A stretch of DNA of 24,217 nt from Planctomycetales bacterium (GTDB lineage Bacteria; Planctomycetota; Planctomycetia; Gemmatales; Gemmataceae), in contig JAGVLI010000732.1 in assembly GCA_020054355.1 (NCBI GenBank), positions 1 through 24,217 on the forward strand, read 5' to 3'. The notes beneath the pieces were generated by a model. It ran no database searches and was not told the DNA's origin. It saw nothing but the letters and a program-made list of their open reading frames with translations. The position numbers were made by a program, and so were the translations under genes. Shown piece after piece: positions 1-8,058 of the stretch. The stretch's first letter is position 1; each line of letters begins with the position of its first letter.

Positions 1-1122
1 CGCGGCCCGCTGCGGATCGTCAGCTCCGACGCCAGCCACTACTGCCGGCTCAACGTGGCCGCCTGGCTGGGGCTGGGCACGGACAGCGTGGTGACCGTGC
101 CCACGGATCGCGACAGTTCCATGAGCCTCCCCGGTCTGGAGGCCGCCCTGCGCCGCCTTTTCCAGGCCGGCGAGCGGGTCGCGTGCATCATTGCCACGAT
201 GGGGACCACCGATGCCTTCGGGCTCGACAACATTGAGGCCATTGTCCGGCTGCGTGACGCCTTGGCCGAAGAATTCCGCCTGCCGTATCGTCCACACGTC
301 CACGCGGACGCCGTGATCGGTTGGCCCTGGGCCGTGTTCTGCGATTATGATTTCGCGGCCAACCCCATGGGCTTCCCTTCGCGTACGCTGCGCTCACTCT
401 GGGACGCGCGAACGGCCTTGCGCGGTCTGCACTTGGCGGACTCGATCGGCCTCGACTTCCACAAGACAGGCTATGGCCCGATCATCTCCAGCCTGTTTTT
501 GTGCAAGGACCGCGCCGACCTGAACCTGATCAGCCGTGATCCGGCGCTGATGCCGTACCTGTTCCAGTTCGGCAGCTACCATCCCGGAGTTTACACGCTG
601 GAGACTTCCCGGCCGGGCAGTGCCGTCCTGGCCGCGCTGGCTAACCTCCGGCTGCTGGGTAAGGAAGGATACCGCGTCTTGATCGGGCATATCGTCACGA
701 TGGCCGAGGTCCTGCGCGCCAAGCTGGAGAAGGCCCCGCATGCCTGTGTGGTCAACGACGCCAACCACGGCATGGTGACGCTGTTCCGCGTCTACCCGGA
801 CGGCGTGGACGCCAACCGCGCCTACCACGAGGAAACCACCAGACCGGAGAAGGCAGAGCAGCTCAAGGCACACAACGCCTATAATCATCGGGTGTTCGAG
901 GCACTTCGCCGCCAGGTGGAACGCGGGGAGGGCATGAATCTCGGGATGACGGACCGGTATCGCCTGACGCCCTTTGGCGTCCCGATTGTTGCGTTGAAGT
1001 CCTTCGTCATGTCGCCGTTCGTGGACGAGGCGGCGATGGATTACCTGGTCGCCTGCGTGGAGCGGGCGCGCCAGGAAGTTGCCTGCCCGGCGGGCGAGGC
1101 ATTGGTGGACGGAACGGGGTGA
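1..1122 (+). CDS. Group II PLP-dependent amino acid decarboxylase (GAD/DDC-like), 5'-truncated by the window edge
   Basis: Frame 1 is open from base 1 ([14 protein letters not shown]...). Family motifs: SHY, ATMGTT, HADAV (HxDAA-like) and [12 protein letters not shown] with the PLP lysine. The substrate cannot be assigned. Confidence 0.88.
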   Translation, partial: RGPLRIVSSDASHYCRLNVAAWLGLGTDSVVTVPTDRDSSMSLPGLEAALRRLFQAGERVACIIATMGTTDAFGLDNIEAIVRLRDALAEEFRLPYRPHVHADAVIGWPWAVFCDYDFAANPMGFPSRTLRSLWDARTALRGLHLADSIGLDFHKTGYGPIISSLFLCKDRADLNLISRDPALMPYLFQFGSYHPGVYTLETSRPGSAVLAALANLRLLGKEGYRVLIGHIVTMAEVLRAKLEKAPHACVVNDANHGMVTLFRVYPDGVDANRAYHEETTRPEKAEQLKAHNAYNHRVFEALRRQVERGEGMNLGMTDRYRLTPFGVPIVALKSFVMSPFVDEAAMDYLVACVERARQEVACPAGEALVDGTG

Positions 1123-1182
1123 ACGCGAACCCCACAGAGCCGGTCATGGGGAAGGAGGGCCGAGAGATGGCGTTCGGGATGC

Positions 1183-1438
1183 GCCGGCGTGATGTTGGTC
1201 CGGGGAGACTTGCGGGGCATTGCCCGTACTCGCCGTCTCAGCCGGGTGACGATGCGAAATATCCGCAAAACCTGTTCTTGGCCTTCGTTTACAACGTCGT
1301 CAGCGTGCCGGTGGTAGCCGGAGTGTTCTATCCTGTCATCGGCATGCTCAGCAGCCCGATGTGGACCAGTGCCGCCATAACCTTGAGTTTCTCTCGGTAG
1401 CGGGGAACTCGCTTCGCTTGCGGCAGGTGCGCCTCTAG
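1183..1438 (+). pseudogene. C-terminal remnant of a CopA-like heavy-metal P1B-type ATPase with two 1-nt frameshifts
   Basis: Three frames join into [28 protein letters not shown] / [41 protein letters not shown] / [14 protein letters not shown]. This matches the typical CopA tail, including the YN motif. Shifts are at about 1266 and 1390; the rest of the ATPase is absent. Confidence 0.85.
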
Positions 1439-1474
1439 CAGCCTAGCCTCGACACCTGTGCGAAAAGAGGAAGA

Positions 1475-1505
1475 GGTCAGGCGTGCCAAATTCGCACACC
1501 TGACC
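1475..1505. other. Inverted repeat (12-bp arms, 1 mismatch, 7-nt loop) upstream of galT
   Basis: GGTCAGGCGTGC-caaattc-GCACACCTGACC. No U-tract; function unknown. Confidence 0.35.
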
Positions 1506-1551
1506 ACAGTGTGGGGTGCAAACCCTGTAGCGGATTCTTCTGGGGACGAAC

Positions 1552-2556
1552 ATGTCTCTCCTACGCCATGACATCACTACCAATGATTGGGTAATCTTCG
1601 CGCCAGAGAGAGCACGGCGTCCACACGACCGCGAGAGCGGCCGTGCCAGTTCGTCCCCACCAAGTGGTTGCCCGTTCTGCCCAGGCAATGAGCGTCTGGC
1701 TGGCCCGGAAATCTACACCCTGCGGGGCGGCACGGCTGCGAATTCTCCCGGCTGGAGCATCCGCGTCATCCCGAACAAGTTCCCGGCCTTGCGGATCGAG
1801 GACGATTTTCGCCGGGTAGAAGAAGGTCCGTTGTTTCGGTTCATGGGCGGTTGCGGCGCCCACGAAGTCATTATCGAAACCCCGCAGCACGATCGCATCC
1901 TCGCCCAGCAAACCCCGCTGGAAATCGAGTTCGTCCTGCGGACGTTGCAACTTCGGTTCAACGATCTCCTGCGGGACCTGCGCTTCCAGACCATCGTGAT
2001 ATTCAAGAACCACGGGGAATCGGCGGGTACATCGCTCCGGCATCCGCACTGGCAACTGATTGCCACGCCCGTGGTGCCCCGCACTCTCCGCATCAAACAT
2101 GCAGTGGCCGAGGATTATTTCGACGCGACCGGCCAATGCCTCTACTGCGTCTTGCTGCACGAGGAACTGGCAGCACGTAAAAGACTCGTCGCCGAAAACG
2201 ACCATTTTGCGGCCGTCATGCCCTACGCATCTCGCGTGCCTTTCGAGACCTGGATATTACCCAAGGCTCATCAATCGTCCTTTGGTCTGGTCGAGCCGGC
2301 CCGGTTTCGGCCCCTGGCGGAACTCCTTCAGGCCGTTCTGGGAAAGCTCTGGACGGGCCTCGATGACCCGGACTTCAACCTGACCATCAACACGGCCCCG
2401 CGCGGAGACGAGGGAAAGGAGTATTTCCTCTGGCACATCGAGATTGTGCCGCGTTTGAGTCGTCCGGCCGGGTTCGAGATGGGCAGCGGGATGGCTATCA
2501 ACACCGTGTTGCCGGAAGATGCGGCACTGTTCTTGCAGAGCGTCGAAAGCGGCTGA
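1552..2556 (+). CDS. galT: Galactose-1-phosphate uridylyltransferase (GalT)-family nucleotidyltransferase
   Basis: N-terminal WVIFAPERARRP, Zn-binding CPFCPGNE, IPNKFP, HEVIIETP, catalytic HPHWQ (HxHxQ) and C-terminal WHIEIVPRL...GFEMGSG. Confidence 0.92.
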   Translation: MSLLRHDITTNDWVIFAPERARRPHDRESGRASSSPPSGCPFCPGNERLAGPEIYTLRGGTAANSPGWSIRVIPNKFPALRIEDDFRRVEEGPLFRFMGGCGAHEVIIETPQHDRILAQQTPLEIEFVLRTLQLRFNDLLRDLRFQTIVIFKNHGESAGTSLRHPHWQLIATPVVPRTLRIKHAVAEDYFDATGQCLYCVLLHEELAARKRLVAENDHFAAVMPYASRVPFETWILPKAHQSSFGLVEPARFRPLAELLQAVLGKLWTGLDDPDFNLTINTAPRGDEGKEYFLWHIEIVPRLSRPAGFEMGSGMAINTVLPEDAALFLQSVESG

Positions 2557-2698
2557 AACCATGAGGCAACCCTCGTAACGGCCAGAGGCGGGGAGTCAAC
2601 TGCCAGCAGCAACCGTACAACGGACAAGAGAAGGCATTGGCGCAACCGAGTTGGGGGATGGAACTTTGCGCTTTTTCTTGAGCGGGGAGCGATCAGCC

Positions 2699-3367
2699 AT
2701 GACCGATTTCAACGAACTGGACCAGCAAATTGCCCAGAAGCTGGCCGCCCACAAGGAAGACTGCCTGAAGCGGTACAACCGCGCGGCAGAGCGCATGCAC
2801 GCCATCGGAGAGCGGCATCGGCGGTTCACGGTCATTGGCGACCGGCTGATCCAGGAGGTGATACGACCACGCTTCGAACGGCTGGCCGCCCACTTTGACA
2901 ATGGCATGCTCCTGAGCCAGGAGCAAACCGGACGCCACCACTGCATTTGCACATTCCAGCACACGCCCCGCTTTCCCGCCACAACCAAGCTGGAGATGGG
3001 CGTCAGTCGTGATGGCAACGCGGAGAACGTGGAGGTCTACAGCGATGTGTCCATCCTGCCGCTGTTTTTTCAGCTGAGCGGGGAAGATCGGATGGCCATG
3101 CCGCTTGACCAGGTTGATGAGTCGCAGGTCGCCAGCTGGATTGACAAGAAGATCATGCACTTCCTGGAGGCTTACCTGCGTCTGGAAACGCAGGACCAGT
3201 ACCAGGCCGAGAACGCAGTCTTTTGTCCGGTCTGCAATATGCAGGTCAACAAACTCTATGCGCCGGCACAACTGGAGCACCAGGGGAAACAGTATTTCTT
3301 CTGCGTCCCCGAGTGCAAGGAGAAGTTCGAGGCCGATCCCGAGAAATACCTGGCTGGAAAAAGGTGA
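2699..3367 (+). CDS. YHS/TRASH-domain protein, probably cytoplasmic, with an uncharacterised ~170-aa N-terminal region
   Basis: ATG at 2699 follows GGGGAG. C-terminal CPVCNMQV...QYFFCVPECKEKFEADPEKYL is a YHS pattern. No signal peptide. The stop is 3 nt before cusB. Confidence 0.85.
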   Translation: MTDFNELDQQIAQKLAAHKEDCLKRYNRAAERMHAIGERHRRFTVIGDRLIQEVIRPRFERLAAHFDNGMLLSQEQTGRHHCICTFQHTPRFPATTKLEMGVSRDGNAENVEVYSDVSILPLFFQLSGEDRMAMPLDQVDESQVASWIDKKIMHFLEAYLRLETQDQYQAENAVFCPVCNMQVNKLYAPAQLEHQGKQYFFCVPECKEKFEADPEKYLAGKR

Positions 3368-3370
3368 ACC

Positions 3371-4693
3371 ATGACAGAGCAGCTCCAACAGCCGAAGCGA
3401 TTTCGTTCTTCATTCATCATGCTCGCCCTGGGCTTGGGCCTGGGTGCCGGTGCGACGACCCTGCACTTCAGCGGGCGGCTGGCACCGGTTTACCACGCCC
3501 TGGGATGGCACTCGCTGATGCCGATGAGCGAGCCGCGGGAAAATGCCAGCCCGTCCTCGCCGGGCGGACACGCCGGCCACGGCGGCATGAGCATGCCCCA
3601 AGGAACGAGCACGGGGGAACCATCCCAGATTTCCGGCTATTCCATTGTGGCCATCACCCCGGAACGCCAGCAGCTCGTCGGCGTGCGCACGGGCCGGGTC
3701 GAGCGCGACAAGCTCCTCATGTCGATCCGGGCGGTCGGCATCATCGAGCCAGACCAGACCCGGCTGGCCCGCATCCAGACGCGGATCAGCGGCTGGGTCA
3801 CGAAGGTGTATGCCAACTTCGTCGGGCAGACCGTCAAGAAGGGCGACCCTCTCCTGGAGATCTACAGCCCGGACCTGCTCGCCACTCAGGAAGAATATCT
3901 GATCGCCATGGACGGCGGACAGAAGTCCCTGGCGGACTCGGCCCGACGCCGGCTGGAATTGTGGGGAGTTCCCCAGGACGAAATCAAGGAGCTGGTCAAG
4001 ACCAAGACGGCCCGGGAAACGCTCATGTTGCGCGCTCCGATCAACGGCCGGGTCTTGGAGCGTAACGCGCTGGAGGGAACGCGCGTCGAGCCGACCACGG
4101 AGCTGTACCGCATCGCCGACCTCTCCGTCGTCTGGCTGCAGGCGAAGATCTACGAATACGAACTGCCGCACGTCGAGATCGGACAGCCGGTTCGCATCGC
4201 CCTTCTCTCCCACCCGGAAACCGAGTTCAAGAGCAAGGTGGCCTTCGTCGAACCCGTGTTCCAGGAGACGACGCGGACCGTGAAAGTGCGCATCGTGATC
4301 GACAATCCCAAAGATGAGTTCAAGCCGGGCATGTATGCGAACCTCCGCATCGAGCACGACATGGGTGAAGGGCTTCTGGTCCCGGAGTCGGCCCTGCTGC
4401 GGACGGGGGAACGCAACCTGGCCTTCCGCGTTTTGCCGGAAGGGCGTTTTGAGCCCGTGGAGGTCAAGGTGGGCGCGCGCTTCGGCGAGCGTTTCGAGGT
4501 GCTGGCGGGGCTCGCCGCCGGCGACCGGATCGTTACGTCGGCCAACTTCTTGATCGACGCAGAGTCCCGGCTGAAGTCCGCGACCTCGGGGATGGGCGGA
4601 CACCAGCACGGCTCAGGGGGTGCCGCAGCGCCCAAGTCGGACGGCACCCCGGCGAAAGCCCCTGGCGCCGGCGACAAGCAGCACAAACATTAA
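3371..4693 (+). CDS. cusB: CusB-like RND efflux periplasmic adaptor subunit
   Basis: N-terminal hydrophobic anchor; His/Met patch GGHAGHGGMSM; adaptor motifs ISGWVTKVY, VKKGDPLLEIYSPDL, RIADLSVVWL, FKPGMYA, GDRIVTSANFLIDAES; His-rich tail; directly upstream of cusA. Confidence 0.92.
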   Translation: MTEQLQQPKRFRSSFIMLALGLGLGAGATTLHFSGRLAPVYHALGWHSLMPMSEPRENASPSSPGGHAGHGGMSMPQGTSTGEPSQISGYSIVAITPERQQLVGVRTGRVERDKLLMSIRAVGIIEPDQTRLARIQTRISGWVTKVYANFVGQTVKKGDPLLEIYSPDLLATQEEYLIAMDGGQKSLADSARRRLELWGVPQDEIKELVKTKTARETLMLRAPINGRVLERNALEGTRVEPTTELYRIADLSVVWLQAKIYEYELPHVEIGQPVRIALLSHPETEFKSKVAFVEPVFQETTRTVKVRIVIDNPKDEFKPGMYANLRIEHDMGEGLLVPESALLRTGERNLAFRVLPEGRFEPVEVKVGARFGERFEVLAGLAAGDRIVTSANFLIDAESRLKSATSGMGGHQHGSGGAAAPKSDGTPAKAPGAGDKQHKH

Positions 4694-4706
4694 TGGGGTG
4701 CCGATC

Positions 4707-7700
4707 ATGATCGAAAAAATCATCAAGTTCTCCGCGAAGAACAAGTTCCTCGTCCTGATCTTCACCGTGGTGGCCGTGGTCGGAGCTATCCACTGGATGC
4801 GCGAAACCCCCCTGGACGCCATCCCGGACCTGTCGGACACCCAGGTCATCATCTATTCCCGCTGGGACCGCAGCCCGGACATCATCGAGGACCAGGTGAC
4901 CTACCCCATCGTGACGGCGATGCTGGGGGCCCCCAAGATCAAGGCGATTCGCGGCTTCTCCGATTTCGGTTTTTCCTACGTCTACGTCATCTTCCAGGAC
5001 GGCACCGACATCTACTGGGCGCGGAGCCGGACCATCGAGTATCTCTCCAAGATCTTGCCGCGGTTGCCGGAAGGAGTGCGGACCGAGCTCGGCCCAGACG
5101 CCACCAGCGTCGGCTGGGTCTTTCAGTACAGCCTGGTCGATAAGAGCGGTCAGAACGATCTCGCCCAGTTGCGCACATTTCAGGATTGGTATCTGCGCTA
5201 CCAGCTTCAGTCCGTCCCAGGAGTGGCGGAAGTGGCGTCGATCGGCGGGTTCCAGAAGCAGTACCAGGTCAACATCAACCCCAACGCCTTGAACGCCTAC
5301 AACGTGACCCTGCCGACCGTCGTCCAGGCGATCCGGGAGGGCAACAACGACGTCGGCGGCCGCGTCGTCGAGTTCAGCGGCGCCGAGTACATGGTGCGCG
5401 GCCGCGGCTATGTCAAGAGCGTTGCCGACGTCGAAAACATCGTGGTCGGCCGCGACGCGCAGGGCACGCCGATCCTGATCAAGAACCTGGGCCACGTCGC
5501 GCTCGGACCGGACATCCGCCGCGGGATCGCGGACCTGGACGGAGAGGGCGACACCGTTGGCGGCATTGTGGTCATGCGCGCCGGTGAGAATGCTCTCAAC
5601 GTCATCGAACGGGTCAAGGACAAGCTGGAGGACCTGAAGCCCTCCATGCCCAAGGGGGTCGAGGTTGTCACGACCTACGACCGTTCCGTGCTGATCGACC
5701 GCTCCATTGATACCCTCAAGGAAGAACTGCTGGTCGAGATCCTCATCGTCAGTGCGGTCATCCTCATCTTCCTGTGGCACATCCCGTCGGCGATCATCCC
5801 CATCTTGACGATCCCCGTTTCCGTGGTGCTGGCCTTCATCCCCATGTACTTCATGGGGCTGACCACGAACATCATGTCGATCACGGGGATCGCCATCTCC
5901 ATCGGCGTGCTGGTGGACGGCGCGATCGTCGAGGTGGAGAACGCCTATAAACGCCTGGAACAATGGATCGCCGGCGGCCGGCAAGGCGATTTCCACGACG
6001 TGCGTCTGCGCGCCCTCAAGGAGGTCGGGCCATCGGTCTTCTTCTCCCTGCTCGTCATCGCGGTGGCCTTCATGCCGGTGTTCACGCTCGTGGACCAGGA
6101 GGGCCGGCTGTTCAAGCCGCTGGCGTTCACCAAGAACCTGGCCATGGCCATCGCCGCGCTGCTCGCCATCACCCTCGACCCCGCGATGCGGATGATGTTC
6201 ACGCGCATGGACTATGTCCACTTCCGGCCCAGGTGGCTGGCCTGGATGGTCAACACGGCGACGGTGGGCCGCTACTATCCCGAGGAACAGCATCCCATCA
6301 GCAAGCGTCTGTTTCGCCTTTACGAGCCCGCGTGCAACTTCGTGCTGCGCCACAAGGCATTGATCATCATCGGCGCCTTCGCCCTCGTGCTGCTGACGAT
6401 CCCGGCCTACTCGCAGCTCGGCTCCGAGTTCATGCCCCCACTCGACGAGGGGACGCTCCTCTACATGCCGACGACCTTACCCGGGCTTTCGGTCACCGAG
6501 GCGCAAACCCTGCTGGGGACGATGGACCGGGTGCTGAAAATGTTTCCCGAGGTGGAGCGCGTGTTTGGCAAGGCCGGGCGAGCGGAGACCTCCACGGACC
6601 CGGCGCCGTTCTCCATGATGGAAATCACCATCGTGCTCAAGCCACACGAGCAGTGGCGCCGGAAGGAACGCTGGTATTCCGGCTGGCCCGGCTGGTTGCA
6701 AGTTCCCCTGCGGCACATCTGGCCCGACCGGTTGAGCACCGAGGAGCTGGTCGCGGAGATGGACCGCGCCATGCAGTTCCCCGGCGTCGTGAACGCCTGG
6801 ACCATGCCCATCAAGGCGCGCATCGACATGCTCAGCACCGGCGTCCGGACGCCGGTTGGAATCAAAATCCTTGGCGCGGACCTCAACGAGATCGAACGGC
6901 TCGGGGCCCACGTCGAGATGATCCTTAACCAGGTCCCCGGTACGCGGAGCATCTACGCCGAACGGACGGGGGGCGGGTATTTCATCGATTTCGTGCTCAA
7001 GCGGGAGCAGCTCGCCCGCTACGGTTTGACGGTCAAGGAAGCCGAGATGGTGGTCACGTCCGCCGTCGGTGGCGAAGCGATCACGACCACGGTGGAAGGG
7101 CGCGAGCGCTACACGATCAACGTCCGTTACGCCCGCGAGCTGCGCGACGACCTCGACAAGCTGCGCCGCGTGCTCGTCCCCACCTCGGCCGGCGCCCACG
7201 TGCCCCTCGCCGAGCTAGCCGACATCAAGCTCGTGACCGGTCCGGCGATGATCCGGGACGAGAACGGCCTGCTCTCCGGCTATGTTTACGTCGATCTGGC
7301 GGGGCGGGACGTGGGCGGCTACGTGGAGGAAGCCAAGGAGTTGGTCGCGAAGGAATTGCAGCTCCCGACCGGCTACACCCTCACCTGGAGCGGGCAGTAC
7401 GAGAACATGATTCGCGTGCGCGAGCGCTTGAAGCTCGTCGTGCCGATCACGATCTTTCTGATCTTCCTTCTGCTGTACATGAACACCGGCTCGGCGGTGA
7501 AGGCCGGCATCGTCATGCTTGCAGTCCCGTTTTCGCTGATCGGCGCCGTCTGGTTCCTGTGGTTGCTCGGCTACAACATTTCGATTGCCGTGTGGGTCGG
7601 CATGATCGCCCTGATGGGCCTGGACGCGGAAACCGGGGTCTTCATGCTGCTGTTCCTCGACCTGTCCTATTACGACGCAGTCCGCAAAGGCAAGATGAAG

Positions 7701-7997
7701 ACCTACGAGGACCTCAAAGAAGCCATCATCCACGGAGCTGTGAAACGCATCCGGCCGAAGATGATGACGGTGGCCGCGGCGATGATGGGCCTGTTGCCGA
7801 TCATGTGGTCGCTGGGCACCGGCGCCGACATGATGAAGCGGATCGCGGCGCCCATGATCGGCGGCCTGGTCACCAGTTTCATTCTCGAGCTCCTGGTCTA
7901 TCCGCCGATCTACGCCATCTGGAAATGGCGCTACGAGATGAAGTACGGCACGGTGGATGTCAGCCAGTTGCCGATCCCGGAGTTGCGGGCGCATTGA
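4707..7997 (+). CDS. cusA: CusA/SilA-family Cu(I)/Ag(I) efflux RND transporter (1096 aa)
   Basis: MIEKII start, DAIPDLSDTQVII and LGPDATSVGWV. Methionines lie in the contexts of the E. coli CusA triad (LLYMP, PFSMME, RIDMLSTG). Proton-relay residues lie in LVDGAIV, LDAETG and RIRPKMMT. Many TM segments. Confidence 0.96.
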   Translation: MIEKIIKFSAKNKFLVLIFTVVAVVGAIHWMRETPLDAIPDLSDTQVIIYSRWDRSPDIIEDQVTYPIVTAMLGAPKIKAIRGFSDFGFSYVYVIFQDGTDIYWARSRTIEYLSKILPRLPEGVRTELGPDATSVGWVFQYSLVDKSGQNDLAQLRTFQDWYLRYQLQSVPGVAEVASIGGFQKQYQVNINPNALNAYNVTLPTVVQAIREGNNDVGGRVVEFSGAEYMVRGRGYVKSVADVENIVVGRDAQGTPILIKNLGHVALGPDIRRGIADLDGEGDTVGGIVVMRAGENALNVIERVKDKLEDLKPSMPKGVEVVTTYDRSVLIDRSIDTLKEELLVEILIVSAVILIFLWHIPSAIIPILTIPVSVVLAFIPMYFMGLTTNIMSITGIAISIGVLVDGAIVEVENAYKRLEQWIAGGRQGDFHDVRLRALKEVGPSVFFSLLVIAVAFMPVFTLVDQEGRLFKPLAFTKNLAMAIAALLAITLDPAMRMMFTRMDYVHFRPRWLAWMVNTATVGRYYPEEQHPISKRLFRLYEPACNFVLRHKALIIIGAFALVLLTIPAYSQLGSEFMPPLDEGTLLYMPTTLPGLSVTEAQTLLGTMDRVLKMFPEVERVFGKAGRAETSTDPAPFSMMEITIVLKPHEQWRRKERWYSGWPGWLQVPLRHIWPDRLSTEELVAEMDRAMQFPGVVNAWTMPIKARIDMLSTGVRTPVGIKILGADLNEIERLGAHVEMILNQVPGTRSIYAERTGGGYFIDFVLKREQLARYGLTVKEAEMVVTSAVGGEAITTTVEGRERYTINVRYARELRDDLDKLRRVLVPTSAGAHVPLAELADIKLVTGPAMIRDENGLLSGYVYVDLAGRDVGGYVEEAKELVAKELQLPTGYTLTWSGQYENMIRVRERLKLVVPITIFLIFLLLYMNTGSAVKAGIVMLAVPFSLIGAVWFLWLLGYNISIAVWVGMIALMGLDAETGVFMLLFLDLSYYDAVRKGKMKTYEDLKEAIIHGAVKRIRPKMMTVAAAMMGLLPIMWSLGTGADMMKRIAAPMIGGLVTSFILELLVYPPIYAIWKWRYEMKYGTVDVSQLPIPELRAH

Positions 7998-8058
7998 GCT
8001 GGTCCCGGGTCACGCGCCTTTCTCCAGGTAGAACCGTTGCCCGTCGGAGGCTTCTGCG

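Noticed and set aside
1119-1400. 93-aa ORF read as an intact small membrane protein
   Set aside because: Only its second half is meaningful; it is the middle frame of the frameshifted ATPase remnant.
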